A stretch of DNA of 64,000 bases, taken from the NCBI GenBank assembly GCA_963736005.1, contig CAVTNB010000001.1:1216001-1280000 (forward strand), given 5' to 3'. Shown in pieces: positions 12,410-22,944 of the stretch. The DNA is from an uncultured Pseudomonadota bacterium (GTDB lineage Bacteria > Vulcanimicrobiota > Vulcanimicrobiia > Eremiobacterales > Eremiobacteraceae). The position numbers and the translations under genes are program-made. The stretch's first letter is position 1; each line of letters begins with the position of its first letter. Under the pieces are notes generated by a model. The model had not been told where the DNA came from. It ran no database searches and was given only the letters and a program-made list of their open reading frames with translations.

Positions 12410-14067
12410 TTAGATTTGCAAAGCCCAGGTGTTCCAAAAGGGTGAGCCCACGTGGGCTGGCTTGAAGTTTCTTAAGTCAGTATTAATGGCGTAATCATAG
12501 GTATCGAACCAAAGCGGGATGACGGGAACTTTGTCGGCTAAGATATCCTGAACGCGGTCGTATGCCGCCTTTCTGACCGTCAACACGTTGCTGGCGAGCG
12601 CTGCCTCCTCGGCGGCATCGAGCGAAGGATCGCAGAAGCGATAAACGTTTTCGCCACGTGGGGGCAACCAGCGGCATTCAAAAAGCACCGAATCATCTGG
12701 ATCGACACCGTTTGCGAAGCCCTCAAGGACCACGTCGAAATGGCCGCTCAACTCAATCCCGCCCTCGGACGCTGGAGCGAAGAGAATGTCTGATGGATAC
12801 GATTTGATCTCGGTATCAATGCCGACTTGCCGCCACTCCTGCTGGAGCAGTTCGCGCGCCATCATCGAAACAGAGTCGCCTGCGATTCCCGAGAGTCCAA
12901 GACGCAGCGGCGTTCCATTGCGGTAGCGCAGCCATCCGGACCAAGATGCCAGCCAGCAGCGTCAAGCAGTCTCGCCGCCCGGGCGGGGTCGTAGTGATAG
13001 TGCATGACCTTGTTGTTGCGCGCCCACAAGAACGGAGGTTGATCGGTATCCGTCAAGATATCGGAAGCGTTGGTGACCTTAGCGAGCAAGGTTTGCTTGT
13101 CGCTCGCGTACGCAAGCGCTTGACGAACGCGAACGTCAGACAAAGTCGGGTTTGCAAGATTCAATCCGAGATCGTTGTATCGCGTGAAAGGCGATGAGAC
13201 AATCGTGATTCCCGCAATGTGATGCAATGTTCGAGTGATCTCGTGAGGGACTCGGTAGTACATATCGATCTCGTGCGTCTTGATCAACGTGGCGAGCGTA
13301 TTGTCGCTTGGAATGATGCGAATATCGACTTCCTTCAACGCGGGCCTCCCGCGCCAATAGCGATCGTTCGCGACGAGTCGAATGTGGTTGTCCGGCTCGT
13401 ACTGCGAAACACGATAAGGCCCGGTGCCAACCGGCATGATATTGTAACTCGCGTGCATGATGTTCGGATACCGCGCCAGCAGGTGCGCCGGCAGAACGCA
13501 GTAGGCATAAGCGGCTACCGGGCTCAGAAACGTCGCCACAAACGGCGCGTAGGGGCGGCTCAAGTGGATCACGATGCTGTGCGCGTTTTGTTTTGTGATC
13601 GACTGGATGAGTTCATAACCGACGCGGCTTGGAACGGGATTGTTCGGGTTCATCACCGCATGCCACGTAAAGATAACGTCGTCTGCAGTAAACGGAGCGC
13701 CGTCTTGCCAGACAACCCCGTCGCGCAAACGATATGTTATCGTCCGCCCGTCCCTGCTGATGCCCCCATTTTGCAAGCTTGGAACGTCAGCCGAAAGTTC
13801 GGGAATAAACTGGCCTCGATCGTCGTGCCCGATCAGATACCCGGCCCAAAACATGGATATGTCGACGTCGACCGCTTGCTGCCCCAGAACTGTATTCAGA
13901 TTATCGGGCTCTTGCGCCATGCCCAGCCGCAAGACGCCGGGATCGTCCACGCATTGCCGGAGCCCGCGGAGATCTGGGATGAGATTTTCGTGCACCCGAC
14001 TGAAACGAAGATACCCACGACCATGGACACAACCAGGGCCGCGTTACCAACGTCGCAAGTTTGACAT
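12410..14067 (-). CDS. peptide ABC transporter substrate-binding lipoprotein, family 5 (about 3 frameshifts; start approximate)
   Basis: Lipobox-like SVGC; LRDGVVWQDGAPFTADDV, PVGTGPY, DVRVRQAL; split over ORFs 12862-13995 and 12410-12865. Confidence 0.82.
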
Positions 14068-14155
14068 GGAGGAGCATTCCCGTGGGATTAGCAGAAGCCA
14101 TCGTGGCAGCGGATCAAAAACAAACTAGGATTAGTCTTGATGTCAATCGCCTAAT

Positions 14156-14190
14156 AAAAAGGGACACCGTCTTTTTTTGGTGTCCCTTTG
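14156..14190 (-). terminator. intrinsic terminator
   Basis: AAAGGGACACC...GGTGTCCCTTT stem followed by a U-tract on the minus strand, downstream of ORF 14207-14557. Confidence 0.75.
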
Positions 14191-14206
14191 TCATTCGTTG
14201 TGTTTT

Positions 14207-14557
14207 CTAATAGATTGCCGTCGCGTAGAAGTTCCCCTGGCGCCAGTAACCGTAGGCAACGATCATCCGGCCTACCGCCACCTTACCGGTTTGTTTGGCA
14301 TCGAGCGCGGGCTGGTCGTTGATCACGAGCGTACGCGTGGCCTGTTGCAGCGTGACCAGATGGCCCGCTACGACGGTGATCGTTCCGGTGACGGTATCGT
14401 GTCGAAGATCGCCGGTATCAGGCGGACAGTTGCCATTGGGCACCCACACGTCATTCACCCAGGTTCCGCACGAAGTATCGATGTACGGCGGCACATCTGC
14501 AAATGCGGGGGCGGCCCCGAACAGCAGAACCACAAGCAAAGCGTAGAAATGTTTCAC
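14207..14557 (-). CDS. secreted hypothetical protein
   Basis: AAGGAGG RBS, signal peptide AFA|D, two Cys, beta-rich C-terminus. Confidence 0.75.
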   Translation of the reverse strand: MKHFYALLVVLLFGAAPAFADVPPYIDTSCGTWVNDVWVPNGNCPPDTGDLRHDTVTGTITVVAGHLVTLQQATRTLVINDQPALDAKQTGKVAVGRMIVAYGYWRQGNFYATAIY

Positions 14558-14671
14558 GAAGCTACCTCCTTCCTAATGTCAGTTATACCCTCAAAGCACT
14601 CTGATATCACCGACCGAGTCATCTTTTCTGGGCGGCTTTCGGCGGCTGGGACAACTCTGGGGCGGGCGGGT

Positions 14672-15899
14672 CTACTGCTTTTCGGCTGCTTTGATTGACG
14701 CGTAAACTTTTGAGAAGAGTTGCGGGAGTTTGCTTTCCTTTTCTATGGGCCGGCTATTTGCAAATAACGCCACGATGAGGTCTGAATCCGGAAAGTAGAG
14801 ATGGGCAGCGCGAAAGCCCAGCGTCTCACCTTGATAGAACCAAAACGTGCCAAGCGTCGGATCAAATCGCTCGGCGACGCCCAGGCCGAAGCCGGATGGA
14901 TCGTCCGCGGTTGGCTTGGGCAGCGGCTTCGCCGTCTTGGTCGAGATCAAGCTCAGCAGTTCTCTCTTCTGTTTTTCGGGCAACAATGTCGTTCCCTGAT
15001 ACAGCGCTCGTACCCAAACGGTAAGGTCCTCGGGTGTCGAGACGATTGAGCCTGCGCCTTGCGCCCACGACAAGCTATTGCCACTCATGTTCTTGCCGAT
15101 GAACCCGTCGAAGCCGGGATCGTCGTTTTCGTAGTACCCAGCAACAACCCGCTCCGCGACCGACTTTGGATAGAGATGCGACGTGTAGTACGTATGCTTG
15201 AGACCGACGCTCGAGATGATGCGCGCGATTTCCGTTGCGAAGTTTCCACTCTTGCTGCGCGCGGCGACGACCTCTTGAGCCAGAAGATAACCCGTGTTCG
15301 AGTACGAGTACTGCGTTGCGGGCGTCGACTTGAACTTTGGATACACGAGCCGGATGAGCGTGTCCGACGGCACGTTTGCCATGGGGTCGTTCACATACAT
15401 GCGCTCCCAAGCGGGCAGGTTGTCGTACGATTCGATCCCACCGGTCATGTTCAGCAGTTTGCGAAGCGTCAGCTTATCGTACGCGGGATACTGCGGGAGA
15501 TACATCCCGATGGGGGCGTCGATCGAAAGGCGCCCCTGGGCCTCGAGTTGTAGGACCGCAACGGCCGTAAAGGCCTTCGTGTTGCTCCCGATTTGGTAGA
15601 GATCCGCGGGCGTCGCGGGTCGCCCAGACCCGTAGCGCATCGTCCCCGCTGTGACGTTAATGGCCGGCTGACGCCTTGCCCAAGCTCACGGAAAGCGAGA
15701 GCGCCGAGATGTGCTCTTTCGCACCGCGTTCCTTCAGGTAGGCCTCGAGGTCGTGCTGTAAAGCGCTTTTTAGCGCCGCCGTATTCTGAAGCGCCGAAGG
15801 GTTTTAAGCGAGGCTAAAAGATGGTAGACCAAAAACCAACGCCGCCATAGCTGCCATACAGGCGAGCAACACGAAGCGAAACACCAAGCGAAATTGCAT
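14672..15899 (-). pseudogene. serine hydrolase (beta-lactamase/D-Ala-D-Ala peptidase family), interrupted as sequenced
   Basis: GSNTK (SxxK), YSYSNTGY; signal peptide from ATG 15899, in-frame TAA at 15804-15806 and a frameshift near 15660. Confidence 0.7.
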
Positions 15900-15900
15900 C

Positions 15901-16666
15901 TTACGCACGCACAGCGTGAACGGGGTTAGAGCGACGTTGGCCGAGAAAGTCCGCGACAATCCACGCCGACCCGGCGATCCCGAGCGTCTCCAGCACCTTC
16001 GCTCCAGTTCCCAAAACTATGGGGATCGGCAAAGAGCGCCGGCAGCCATACCAGCAACCCGAAACCCACGAGCATCGCCGTGGTCAATCGAGATGCGAGC
16101 AACGCCATGAGCCCCGTGAGGAGAGCGATAGCGGCAAGGGCAAACGCGGCGGTGGTTGCTATCGCCCAGAACATTTGTCCAGGCGGAATCCATTTCGGAA
16201 CAAGACTTGCTGTTTCAGAGAGATAGAAAAGCTGTTCCAGCGCGAACGAGAGAACACAAATACCGAACGAGTAGCACCCGATCTGAGCCAATCTTGCCGT
16301 TCGAGCCGAGGCGATTGAACCGGAACATGCATACAGGATCAAGGCCCCCGAGACGAATGAGAATTGTTCGAAGAAGTTGCCAAAGCCATTGTAGACGAGC
16401 GGATGCTCGATGATGAGCGGTACCCCCAGCAAGGCGAAGGTGAAGTAGATTGCACCCAGTACGACAGCGCCGGCTCGGGCCGTTCTCGACCATTGCACGG
16501 CTACGCCTCCAAGGATTTCGATGGTGCCCACGATGTAGGTGAGAATCTCGCGGTGAGGAAGCGCCTGGATCTGCTGCCAATTGCTGACGTCGTGCCACGC
16601 CAAAGTAATGATACCGGACCCAATCGCCGCCAAGCCATAGACGTAACGCCCTACAGAATGTTTCAT
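15901..16666 (-). CDS. DoxX-like polytopic membrane protein (frameshift near 15990)
   Basis: Internally duplicated 4-TM unit, LVPKWIPPGQMFWA; corrected frame ends at TAA 15901-15903, 1 nt before the hydrolase ATG. Confidence 0.7.
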
Positions 16667-16714
16667 TGCAGCGCCTTAGCCGGAATTAGTGCAGATACCT
16701 TATTTCATCAGCGT

Positions 16715-16801
16715 GGAGGGGTGGCAGAGCGGTTGAATGCGACGGTCTTGAAAACCGTTAGGGGCGCAAGTCCCTCGTGAGTTCGAATCTCACCCCCTCC
16801 G
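16715..16801 (+). tRNA. tRNA-Ser(TGA)
   Basis: GGAGGGG/CCCCTCC acceptor, ACGGT-cttgaaa-ACCGT anticodon arm, long variable arm, GTTCGAATC T-loop, discriminator G; CCA not encoded. Confidence 0.97.
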
Positions 16802-16811
16802 AAATTTTGTG

Positions 16812-17084
16812 ATGGCTCGTCTTCACATCATCATACGCGGCCGAGTTCAGGGCGTCTTCTTCCGCACGAGCGCACAGGAACTGGCAGAGGAGTTAGGATT
16901 GGCGGGTTGGGTTCGCAATCGCCCAGACGGCGCGGTGGAAATCGTGGCCGAGGGCGAGGTTGATCCACTCGCCCGATTGCGTGCCTGGGCTGCTCGCGGT
17001 CCCTCCGGCGCGTTCGTGCAAACCGTTCAAGAAATTTCAGAACCCTCAACCGGCGAGTTTGTGAGATTCGGCGTTCGCGGCTAA
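16812..17084 (+). CDS. acyP: acylphosphatase
   Basis: GRVQGVFFR, GWVRNRPDGAVE. Confidence 0.95.
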   Translation: MARLHIIIRGRVQGVFFRTSAQELAEELGLAGWVRNRPDGAVEIVAEGEVDPLARLRAWAARGPSGAFVQTVQEISEPSTGEFVRFGVRG

Positions 17085-17674
17085 GTCTTCTCGAATCGCT
17101 CGTAGTCTTGTTGCGTATCGACGTCCGCGAAGGCCTTTGACTGGGCGGCTTCGACAAATTCGACGCGAGGAGCGTGTTGCAATGCGTATTGCTTTGCTCC
17201 TGCATCTCCGTGCAGCCCCTGCAGCGCATGAAAATCCGATTGCGGGAAGAGCATTGGTGAGCCCCACACATCGTTCGACCGCAAAGCAACCATTGACGTT
17301 CGTCGCTCCATGAAGCGGCGAATAAGCTGGTCGAGGTCGACAGCATTGACAAATGGCTGATCGGCCACCATGAAGATACATGCGTCATCGTCGAGATGTT
17401 GTGCGAGTCCCGCTCGAAGAGAACTGGCAATTCCCTCGCGCCAGTCTGGGTTGTCCACGACAGCACAACGACGGCTGTCAACTGATTGCAGAATCTCCTC
17501 GGCATGAGCGCCAACTACGAGTGTGCAGCTCGAAGCCAGTGATTGGGCAGCGGCGTCGATGGCATGCTGCACCAGCGACTTGCCGGCAACCGGCACAAGC
17601 AATTTTGAGTCGCCGGTTCCGAAGCGGTGGCTTTGACCTGCAGCCAAGACCACGCAGCCAACCCTTGGGTTCAA
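17081..17674 (-). CDS. mocA: molybdenum cofactor cytidylyltransferase-like nucleotidyltransferase
   Basis: LAAGQSHRFG..K, NPDWREGIASSL, DQP, GDAGA, DVDT. Confidence 0.8.
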   Translation of the reverse strand: MNPRVGCVVLAAGQSHRFGTGDSKLLVPVAGKSLVQHAIDAAAQSLASSCTLVVGAHAEEILQSVDSRRCAVVDNPDWREGIASSLRAGLAQHLDDDACIFMVADQPFVNAVDLDQLIRRFMERRTSMVALRSNDVWGSPMLFPQSDFHALQGLHGDAGAKQYALQHAPRVEFVEAAQSKAFADVDTQQDYERFEKT

Positions 17675-17690
17675 GCGATTAGCTCCCTCG

Positions 17691-17789
17691 TCGCGAATAA
17701 ATTCGCGACACTACATTGCGCGAATAAATTCGCGACACTACATTTCGCGAATAAATTCGCGTGGGGCGATTTGCCAATCGCCCCCTACA
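17691..17789 (-). repeat. composite REP cluster: three family B plus one family C hairpin
   Basis: CGCGAATAAATTCGCG(ACACTACA) at a 27-bp period, then GGGGCGATTTGCCAATCGCCCCCTACA. Confidence 0.88.
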
Positions 17790-17790
17790 T

Positions 17791-18579
17791 CTACCTATAA
17801 GGACGGAGTACGGCCAGCATTGCCTCGTGGATCTTGCCGTTTGACGCCACAAGCTGCGCTCGATCAACGCTCGCCGGCTGCCCGCTATAGTCGCTGACTT
17901 TGCCGCCCGCCTCGCTCACGATAAGCATTCCCGCGGCCACGTCCCACGCGTGAAGCCCAGGCTCCCAAAAGCCGTCGAATCTGCCCGCGGCAACGTAGCA
18001 GAGATCCAGCGCCGCTGAACCGTCTCTGCGGATCGCCTGCGCACTTCTCGTAAAGTCCCCAAAAGGCTTCAGATTGCTTGCGGGATCATCTACCCGATAA
18101 GCCGGAAAGCCAGTGACCAAGAGCGCATCGCCCAGTTGGTCTTGGTCTGACACGCGAAGCGCCGCGCCGTTGCACTGGGCGCCACCACCGCGCTGGGCAA
18201 GGTACTCCTCATTCGCCAAGGGATCGTAGATGACTGCGGATTCAACGATCCCATCGCGCTCGATCGCAATGGAAACGCAAAAGCAGCGGTAACCGTGCGC
18301 GTAGTTGGTGGTACCATCGAGCGGGTCGACGATCCATCGGCAGCTGGCATCATTTCCAGTCAAGCCGGCCTCTTCGCCCAGCACAACGTCCTCCGGAAAT
18401 AAACTTGCAATAAGAGATCGGATCAATGCTTCGCTCTGCGTGTCCGCCTCGGTCACAAGGTTTGTGCGCACGTCTTTGGCCCGCACGCCGATGTGCGTCC
18501 CCAACTTGGCCCGCAGCAGTGCACCGGCCTCGCGTGCAGCTCGGCGTGCAAGGGCAAAGCGCTCTGCGTCCACGGTCAT
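17791..18579 (-). CDS. suhB: inositol monophosphatase family protein
   Basis: LVTEAD, GEE, WIVDPLDGTTNY, GSAALDLCYVAAGRFDGFWE, WDVAAG. Confidence 0.93.
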   Translation of the reverse strand: MTVDAERFALARRAAREAGALLRAKLGTHIGVRAKDVRTNLVTEADTQSEALIRSLIASLFPEDVVLGEEAGLTGNDASCRWIVDPLDGTTNYAHGYRCFCVSIAIERDGIVESAVIYDPLANEEYLAQRGGGAQCNGAALRVSDQDQLGDALLVTGFPAYRVDDPASNLKPFGDFTRSAQAIRRDGSAALDLCYVAAGRFDGFWEPGLHAWDVAAGMLIVSEAGGKVSDYSGQPASVDRAQLVASNGKIHEAMLAVLRPYR

Positions 18580-18590
18580 GTGTCCGCTGC

Positions 18591-18671
18591 TCAGCGGTGG
18601 GCTGCGCGGTATTCATAGGCGCGAGCCCTGGCAGAGGCTTTCTTCGGTGCGGTTTTCAATGTGGTTGCCAT
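18591..18671 (-). CDS. putative 26-aa basic peptide
   Basis: GGAG RBS; MATTLKTAPKKASARARAYEYRAAHR; stop 11 nt before suhB. Confidence 0.35.
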   Translation of the reverse strand: MATTLKTAPKKASARARAYEYRAAHR

Positions 18672-18702
18672 GGCGTTCTCCGTTTGATGCCAGAAAGAGT
18701 GG

Positions 18703-19452
18703 GTGAGCTTCGTGCCTGACGCAATTCGAATCGTTCCTATAAAACTCCCCGACGGGCAGCGCGATGCGCCAACAACGGTTTCTCTCACCTACCGCGGCGG
18801 TTCAATGCTGACCTCCGTTTCAGTCTTCAGCGTTTTTTGGGGATCGCAATGGAATCAGGCACCACTTGTGACCCTCATGCAGACGATGAACAGCTTCTTC
18901 GATTATATCGTGACGAGCGCACTCTTGGATCAACTCGCCGAATACAGCGTCCAAGGCTTGGCTATCGGCCGCGGTACCCATGTTGGTTCGACGGTCGTCG
19001 CCACCCCCGCACCCCCAAGCGCCTCGGTGAGCGATGCTGCTATCCAACAATTGCTCAACGATCAGATCTCTTCCAACAGTGCCTTTGTCAAGCCGACCCC
19101 CAACACGCTCTACGCGCTGTTTCTGCCGCCAAATGTGGCGGTGACGCAAGGCGGCGCAAGTTCCTGTCAGGGGTTTTGCGGATATCACGACTCGTTTGGG
19201 ACCGCCCGTTACTATGCCGTGCTGCCGTATCTGGGTTGCGCGGGTTGCTCAAGTGGATATTCGATTGAAGATGCGACGACGATCGTGGCCTCGCACGAAC
19301 TATCGGAATCCATCACCGACCCAATCCCTGGCAAGGGTTGGTACGACGATCAAAACGGCGAGATTGGCGACATGTGCGCGTGGCAGACGAAGAAACTTGG
19401 CTCATTCACCGTTCAACTTGAGTGGTCGAACAAGGCGGGGAAGTGCCTATAA
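18703..19452 (+). CDS. hypothetical protein (Phi-1/EXORDIUM-like motifs)
   Basis: LTYRGG, FCGYH, SHELSESITDP, GWYD...GEIGDMC. Confidence 0.7.
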   Translation: MSFVPDAIRIVPIKLPDGQRDAPTTVSLTYRGGSMLTSVSVFSVFWGSQWNQAPLVTLMQTMNSFFDYIVTSALLDQLAEYSVQGLAIGRGTHVGSTVVATPAPPSASVSDAAIQQLLNDQISSNSAFVKPTPNTLYALFLPPNVAVTQGGASSCQGFCGYHDSFGTARYYAVLPYLGCAGCSSGYSIEDATTIVASHELSESITDPIPGKGWYDDQNGEIGDMCAWQTKKLGSFTVQLEWSNKAGKCL

Positions 19453-20790
19453 CCTAAACAGGCGGGCGAGGGTGGGGAGTCCTTCTGCATACGTTGGGTG
19501 GATGTGCACGGATGCGTCGAGTAAATGCCAGGTGGATCGTGCTTCCATGTGCGCCAAGATCACATGGACGAGTTCTCCGGTTTCATAACCGACGAGGGTT
19601 GCGCCGATGATCCGATCGTCCGCATCCACGAGGAGACGGTAAAAGCCGAGATCTTGACCCCACTCGATCGCCCGAGCGATGCGATCCATGCCGAGCGTCA
19701 CCGACCGCGCCTTGATGCCACCCGCTCGCGCTTGTGCGTCGTCCAAGCCGACCCGGGCTATCTGTGGTTCGGTAAACGTCGTGTACCCGAGCACGCGATC
19801 ATTTCGGGTCCGGTCCCCACCTGCGAGAATCGAGGTGAGCCTGCGGTAGTCTTCCCACGACACATGCGTGAACTGCGGCTGACCGGCCACGTCGGCAATC
19901 GCGTAAACGCCTTCACATGACGTGCGGAACTGGTCGTCGATCGCCACGTACCCGCGCGGATCGAGTTTGATACCGCTCGCTGCGACGTTAAGTTGCGCCG
20001 TGTTCGGCGTCCTGCCAACGGCAACAAGCAGTGCATCGCCTTCCAGTGTTTCAGCGTTATCAAGTGTTAGAGTGAAGCCGCTCTCATAGTGTACGCCGGT
20101 GACTTTCCGGGTTAAATGCAGCTTCATCCCGTCGCGCAACAAACTTGTCTGCAACGCCTCGCTTGCGTCTGCTGCTTCGCGTGCGAGCACGCGCGAATTC
20201 GTGTCGATGACGTGAACCTCGCTGCCAAGTCGTGCCATTCCCTGACCGAGTTCCAATCCGATGTACCCTGCGCCCAAAACGAGCAAGCGTTTTGGCTGCA
20301 CTTGCAAGTCAAAGATGTTATGGTTGGTCAGATATGGAGTGCCAGCTAGACCCGAAATGTTCGGCACAAGGGCCGTGGTGCCAGTGTCGATGACGACGAT
20401 CGGCGCGCTGACGGTGACCTCACCCGCAGTGACGGTCCGGACTCCCGAGAACGATGCGCTCGCGCGCACAATCTCTACTTTTGCGTCGGCGAGCCTGGAC
20501 TCGACGTCCTTTTCGAAACGGTCGCGAATTTTGCGCACGCGATTCATCACCGCCGGAAAGTCGACGGTCACCGATGCGCTGACACCGAGCGGGGACATAA
20601 GACGCGCGCGGCCCGCACTGTGTGCAGCAGCGAGGAAAGCCTTGGAAGGCGTGCACCCGTAGTTGATGCACGAGCCGCCAAACCGGTCGCGCTCGAAGAG
20701 CACGACCCGCTTGCCGGCCTTTGCCAGATCGACGGCGAGCGGAACTCCTCCCTGACCGCTTCCAATGACAATTGCGTCAACATTCTTCAT
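19447..20790 (-). CDS. flavoprotein disulfide reductase (LpdA/RclA/MerA-like, lacking MerA C-terminal Cys pair)
   Basis: GSGQGG, GGSCINYGCTPSK, GAGYIGLE, HPTYAE. Confidence 0.9.
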   Translation of the reverse strand: MKNVDAIVIGSGQGGVPLAVDLAKAGKRVVLFERDRFGGSCINYGCTPSKAFLAAAHSAGRARLMSPLGVSASVTVDFPAVMNRVRKIRDRFEKDVESRLADAKVEIVRASASFSGVRTVTAGEVTVSAPIVVIDTGTTALVPNISGLAGTPYLTNHNIFDLQVQPKRLLVLGAGYIGLELGQGMARLGSEVHVIDTNSRVLAREAADASEALQTSLLRDGMKLHLTRKVTGVHYESGFTLTLDNAETLEGDALLVAVGRTPNTAQLNVAASGIKLDPRGYVAIDDQFRTSCEGVYAIADVAGQPQFTHVSWEDYRRLTSILAGGDRTRNDRVLGYTTFTEPQIARVGLDDAQARAGGIKARSVTLGMDRIARAIEWGQDLGFYRLLVDADDRIIGATLVGYETGELVHVILAHMEARSTWHLLDASVHIHPTYAEGLPTLARLFRL

Positions 20791-20841
20791 GTTTGAATCT
20801 CCAACGAGCGATTGAATTCGCGCGAAATCGCGCTATCAAAT

Positions 20842-20868
20842 GGGGCGATTTTCCAATCGCCCCCTACA
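20842..20868 (-). repeat. REP-like hairpin, family C
   Basis: GGGGCGATTTTCCAATCGCCCCCTACA; its GTAG contains the HAD gene stop codon. Confidence 0.8.
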
Positions 20869-21544
20869 CGATCAGGTTCAAGATGTCCGAGATGTTCTTC
20901 ACGATCGCCGTTGGCGCCGGCATGGTGGTCGGATATTTTTGCTGTTCTCCATCGAACCAGATTGCGCGCATGCCGGCGCCCAGTGCACCCACGACGTCGT
21001 TGAGTGGGTCGTCCCCTACGTACCAAATATCTTCCGGAGCTCGATCGAAATAATCACGCAGCACGTTGAACGCATGAATGCTCGGCTTGCGCACGCCGAT
21101 GTCATCGCTCACAAAAACGGGTTGCGAAAATCCAATGGCGTCGGCCTTGCGTTGCTGCAGCGGATTCCAGCCGTTGGTGAGAATCGCGTATGGCATGGCA
21201 AGAGCATCAAGCTGCGCGAGCAACTGCTCCGCGCCTGACACCGGCGTCACAAGCTCCTTGACGAGGCCCACCGCACGCTCGCGAAACTCTTCGAATGCAC
21301 CGGTTGGAGCGATCCGACCCGCGATCGCTTCGAATGCTTGATCAAAGGCGTGCGACAGCGAACATCTGCCGGCCCGATAGAACGCGATTTGGCGATCGAT
21401 GATTTCACTCGCTTGTGCGATATCAAGCGTACGACCCGCCGCGACTTCAGTCTCTTGGATCAGCTGGACAAACGCAGTGCGCTCGAGCTTGTGATCCATG
21501 CCTAAGGTATGGTCGAAGTCAAAACCAAGAGCGATGGGCTTCAC
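20864..21544 (-). CDS. HAD-family hydrolase
   Basis: FDFDHTL, LTNG, RKP, YVGDDPLNDV.GA. Confidence 0.88.
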   Translation of the reverse strand: MKPIALGFDFDHTLGMDHKLERTAFVQLIQETEVAAGRTLDIAQASEIIDRQIAFYRAGRCSLSHAFDQAFEAIAGRIAPTGAFEEFRERAVGLVKELVTPVSGAEQLLAQLDALAMPYAILTNGWNPLQQRKADAIGFSQPVFVSDDIGVRKPSIHAFNVLRDYFDRAPEDIWYVGDDPLNDVVGALGAGMRAIWFDGEQQKYPTTMPAPTAIVKNISDILNLIV

Positions 21545-21600
21545 GCGCCCCTAACGTTCCCTCAGGATGTGTCCCTTTCCGCGCCGTCGAACGAAGCAAA

Positions 21601-22929
21601 ATGCTGGAAACCTCCGCCGCCATTCCTACCTACGATCTCCCAGGGCCAAAGGGCAAAGCCATTGTGGAGCGCGAGACTGCTCGCGTCACAACCGGCACGA
21701 AGACCGCCCCGATCGTCGTCAAAACCGCAAAAGGCCTCATGGTTGAGGACGTGGATGGTAACGTCTTTTTAGACTTCACCAATGGCATGGTTGCAGCAAC
21801 GGGTCACGCGCATCCGAAAGTGGCCGCGGCGATCACGCAGCAAGCCGAGCGCTGGATCTTCATCAACAGTCCCGACTTCTATTCACCGCTGCAAGCCGAA
21901 GTCGCCGAACGGCTGGCGAAGCTGGTTCCGGGCATCGCGAACAAGAAAGTTTTCTTGTGCAATAGCGGTAGCGAAGCCAACGAGGCCGCCATCAAGGCCA
22001 CGCGCTGGAACAAGCCGACGCGCAAGCGCCTCATTGCCTTCCTCGGAGCGTTTCACGGAAGAACCATGGGTGCGAATTCCATGACCGCGAGCAAAATAGT
22101 ACAGCGCGCGCGCTTCACCTCAAATATTCCCGACGTGCATCACCTGCCCTACGCATCGTGCTACCGATGTCCTTACAAAATGTCATATCCCAACTGCGAT
22201 ATCTGGTGCGCGCGGATTTTGGAAGAGGTCTACTTCAAGCAACTTATCCCACCCGACGAAGTCTCCGCGATTTTTGTCGAACCCATTCAGGGTGAGGGTG
22301 GGTACATTGTGCCACCACCGGAATTTATTCAAATCATTCGCGACATCGCCGCGCGTTACGGCATCGCCTACGTGGACGACGAAGTGCAAGCGGGCATGGG
22401 GAAAACCGGAAAGATGCTGGCGATCGAACACTTCGGCGTCACCGCCAACTGCACGTCCATCGGGAAAGCCGTGGGCTCCGGCGTTGCGGTCGCGGCGCAA
22501 GTGCTCGATGCCGATTTGGATTTTGGGGCTCAAGGCGCGCACTCGAACACCTTCGGCGGAAATGGCATCGCCTTGGCCGCGGTCAAAGCCACGCTGGATG
22601 TGATGGAAGAGGAACATCTCGTCGAGCGTGCCCGCGACCTCGGTGCTTATTTCTTTGGGAAGTTGCGCGAGCTTGCGGAGCGGTTCCCAGTCATCGGGGA
22701 TGTCCGCGGCAAAGGCCTCATGCTGGCGGTTGATTTCGTCACCGACCGTGTGTCGCGCAATCACAACCCGGAGTTTCGCGACCGCGTCTTGGGTCGATGC
22801 TTCGTGCACGGACTCATGCTCTTGCCGGCAGGCTTCTCTGCAATCCGCTTTACGCCGGCGCTCGTGGTTGATCGCACGCAGATCGACCATGCTGTTGCGG
22901 TGCTCGATCGATCGATCCGCGAAGCCTAA
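21601..22929 (+). CDS. class III PLP aminotransferase (GabT/ornithine aminotransferase-like)
   Basis: NSGSEANE, AFHGRT, EPIQGEGG, DEVQAGMGKTG, SIGKA, HSNTFGGN. Confidence 0.9.
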   Translation: MLETSAAIPTYDLPGPKGKAIVERETARVTTGTKTAPIVVKTAKGLMVEDVDGNVFLDFTNGMVAATGHAHPKVAAAITQQAERWIFINSPDFYSPLQAEVAERLAKLVPGIANKKVFLCNSGSEANEAAIKATRWNKPTRKRLIAFLGAFHGRTMGANSMTASKIVQRARFTSNIPDVHHLPYASCYRCPYKMSYPNCDIWCARILEEVYFKQLIPPDEVSAIFVEPIQGEGGYIVPPPEFIQIIRDIAARYGIAYVDDEVQAGMGKTGKMLAIEHFGVTANCTSIGKAVGSGVAVAAQVLDADLDFGAQGAHSNTFGGNGIALAAVKATLDVMEEEHLVERARDLGAYFFGKLRELAERFPVIGDVRGKGLMLAVDFVTDRVSRNHNPEFRDRVLGRCFVHGLMLLPAGFSAIRFTPALVVDRTQIDHAVAVLDRSIREA

Positions 22930-22944
22930 TGTAGCCGCAACAAC

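Noticed and set aside
16715..16801. tRNA-Ser as an integration site for an island
   Set aside because: No integrase and no duplicated tRNA 3' end seen; acyP starts about 10 nt downstream
17679..17867. ORF with repeated VVSRIYSR peptide (also in ORFs at 33691, 55636, 59206)
   Set aside because: It is the translation of family B REP DNA, not a protein repeat
19447..20790. Mercuric reductase merA
   Set aside because: No NmerA domain, no C-terminal Cys-Cys and no mer genes nearby
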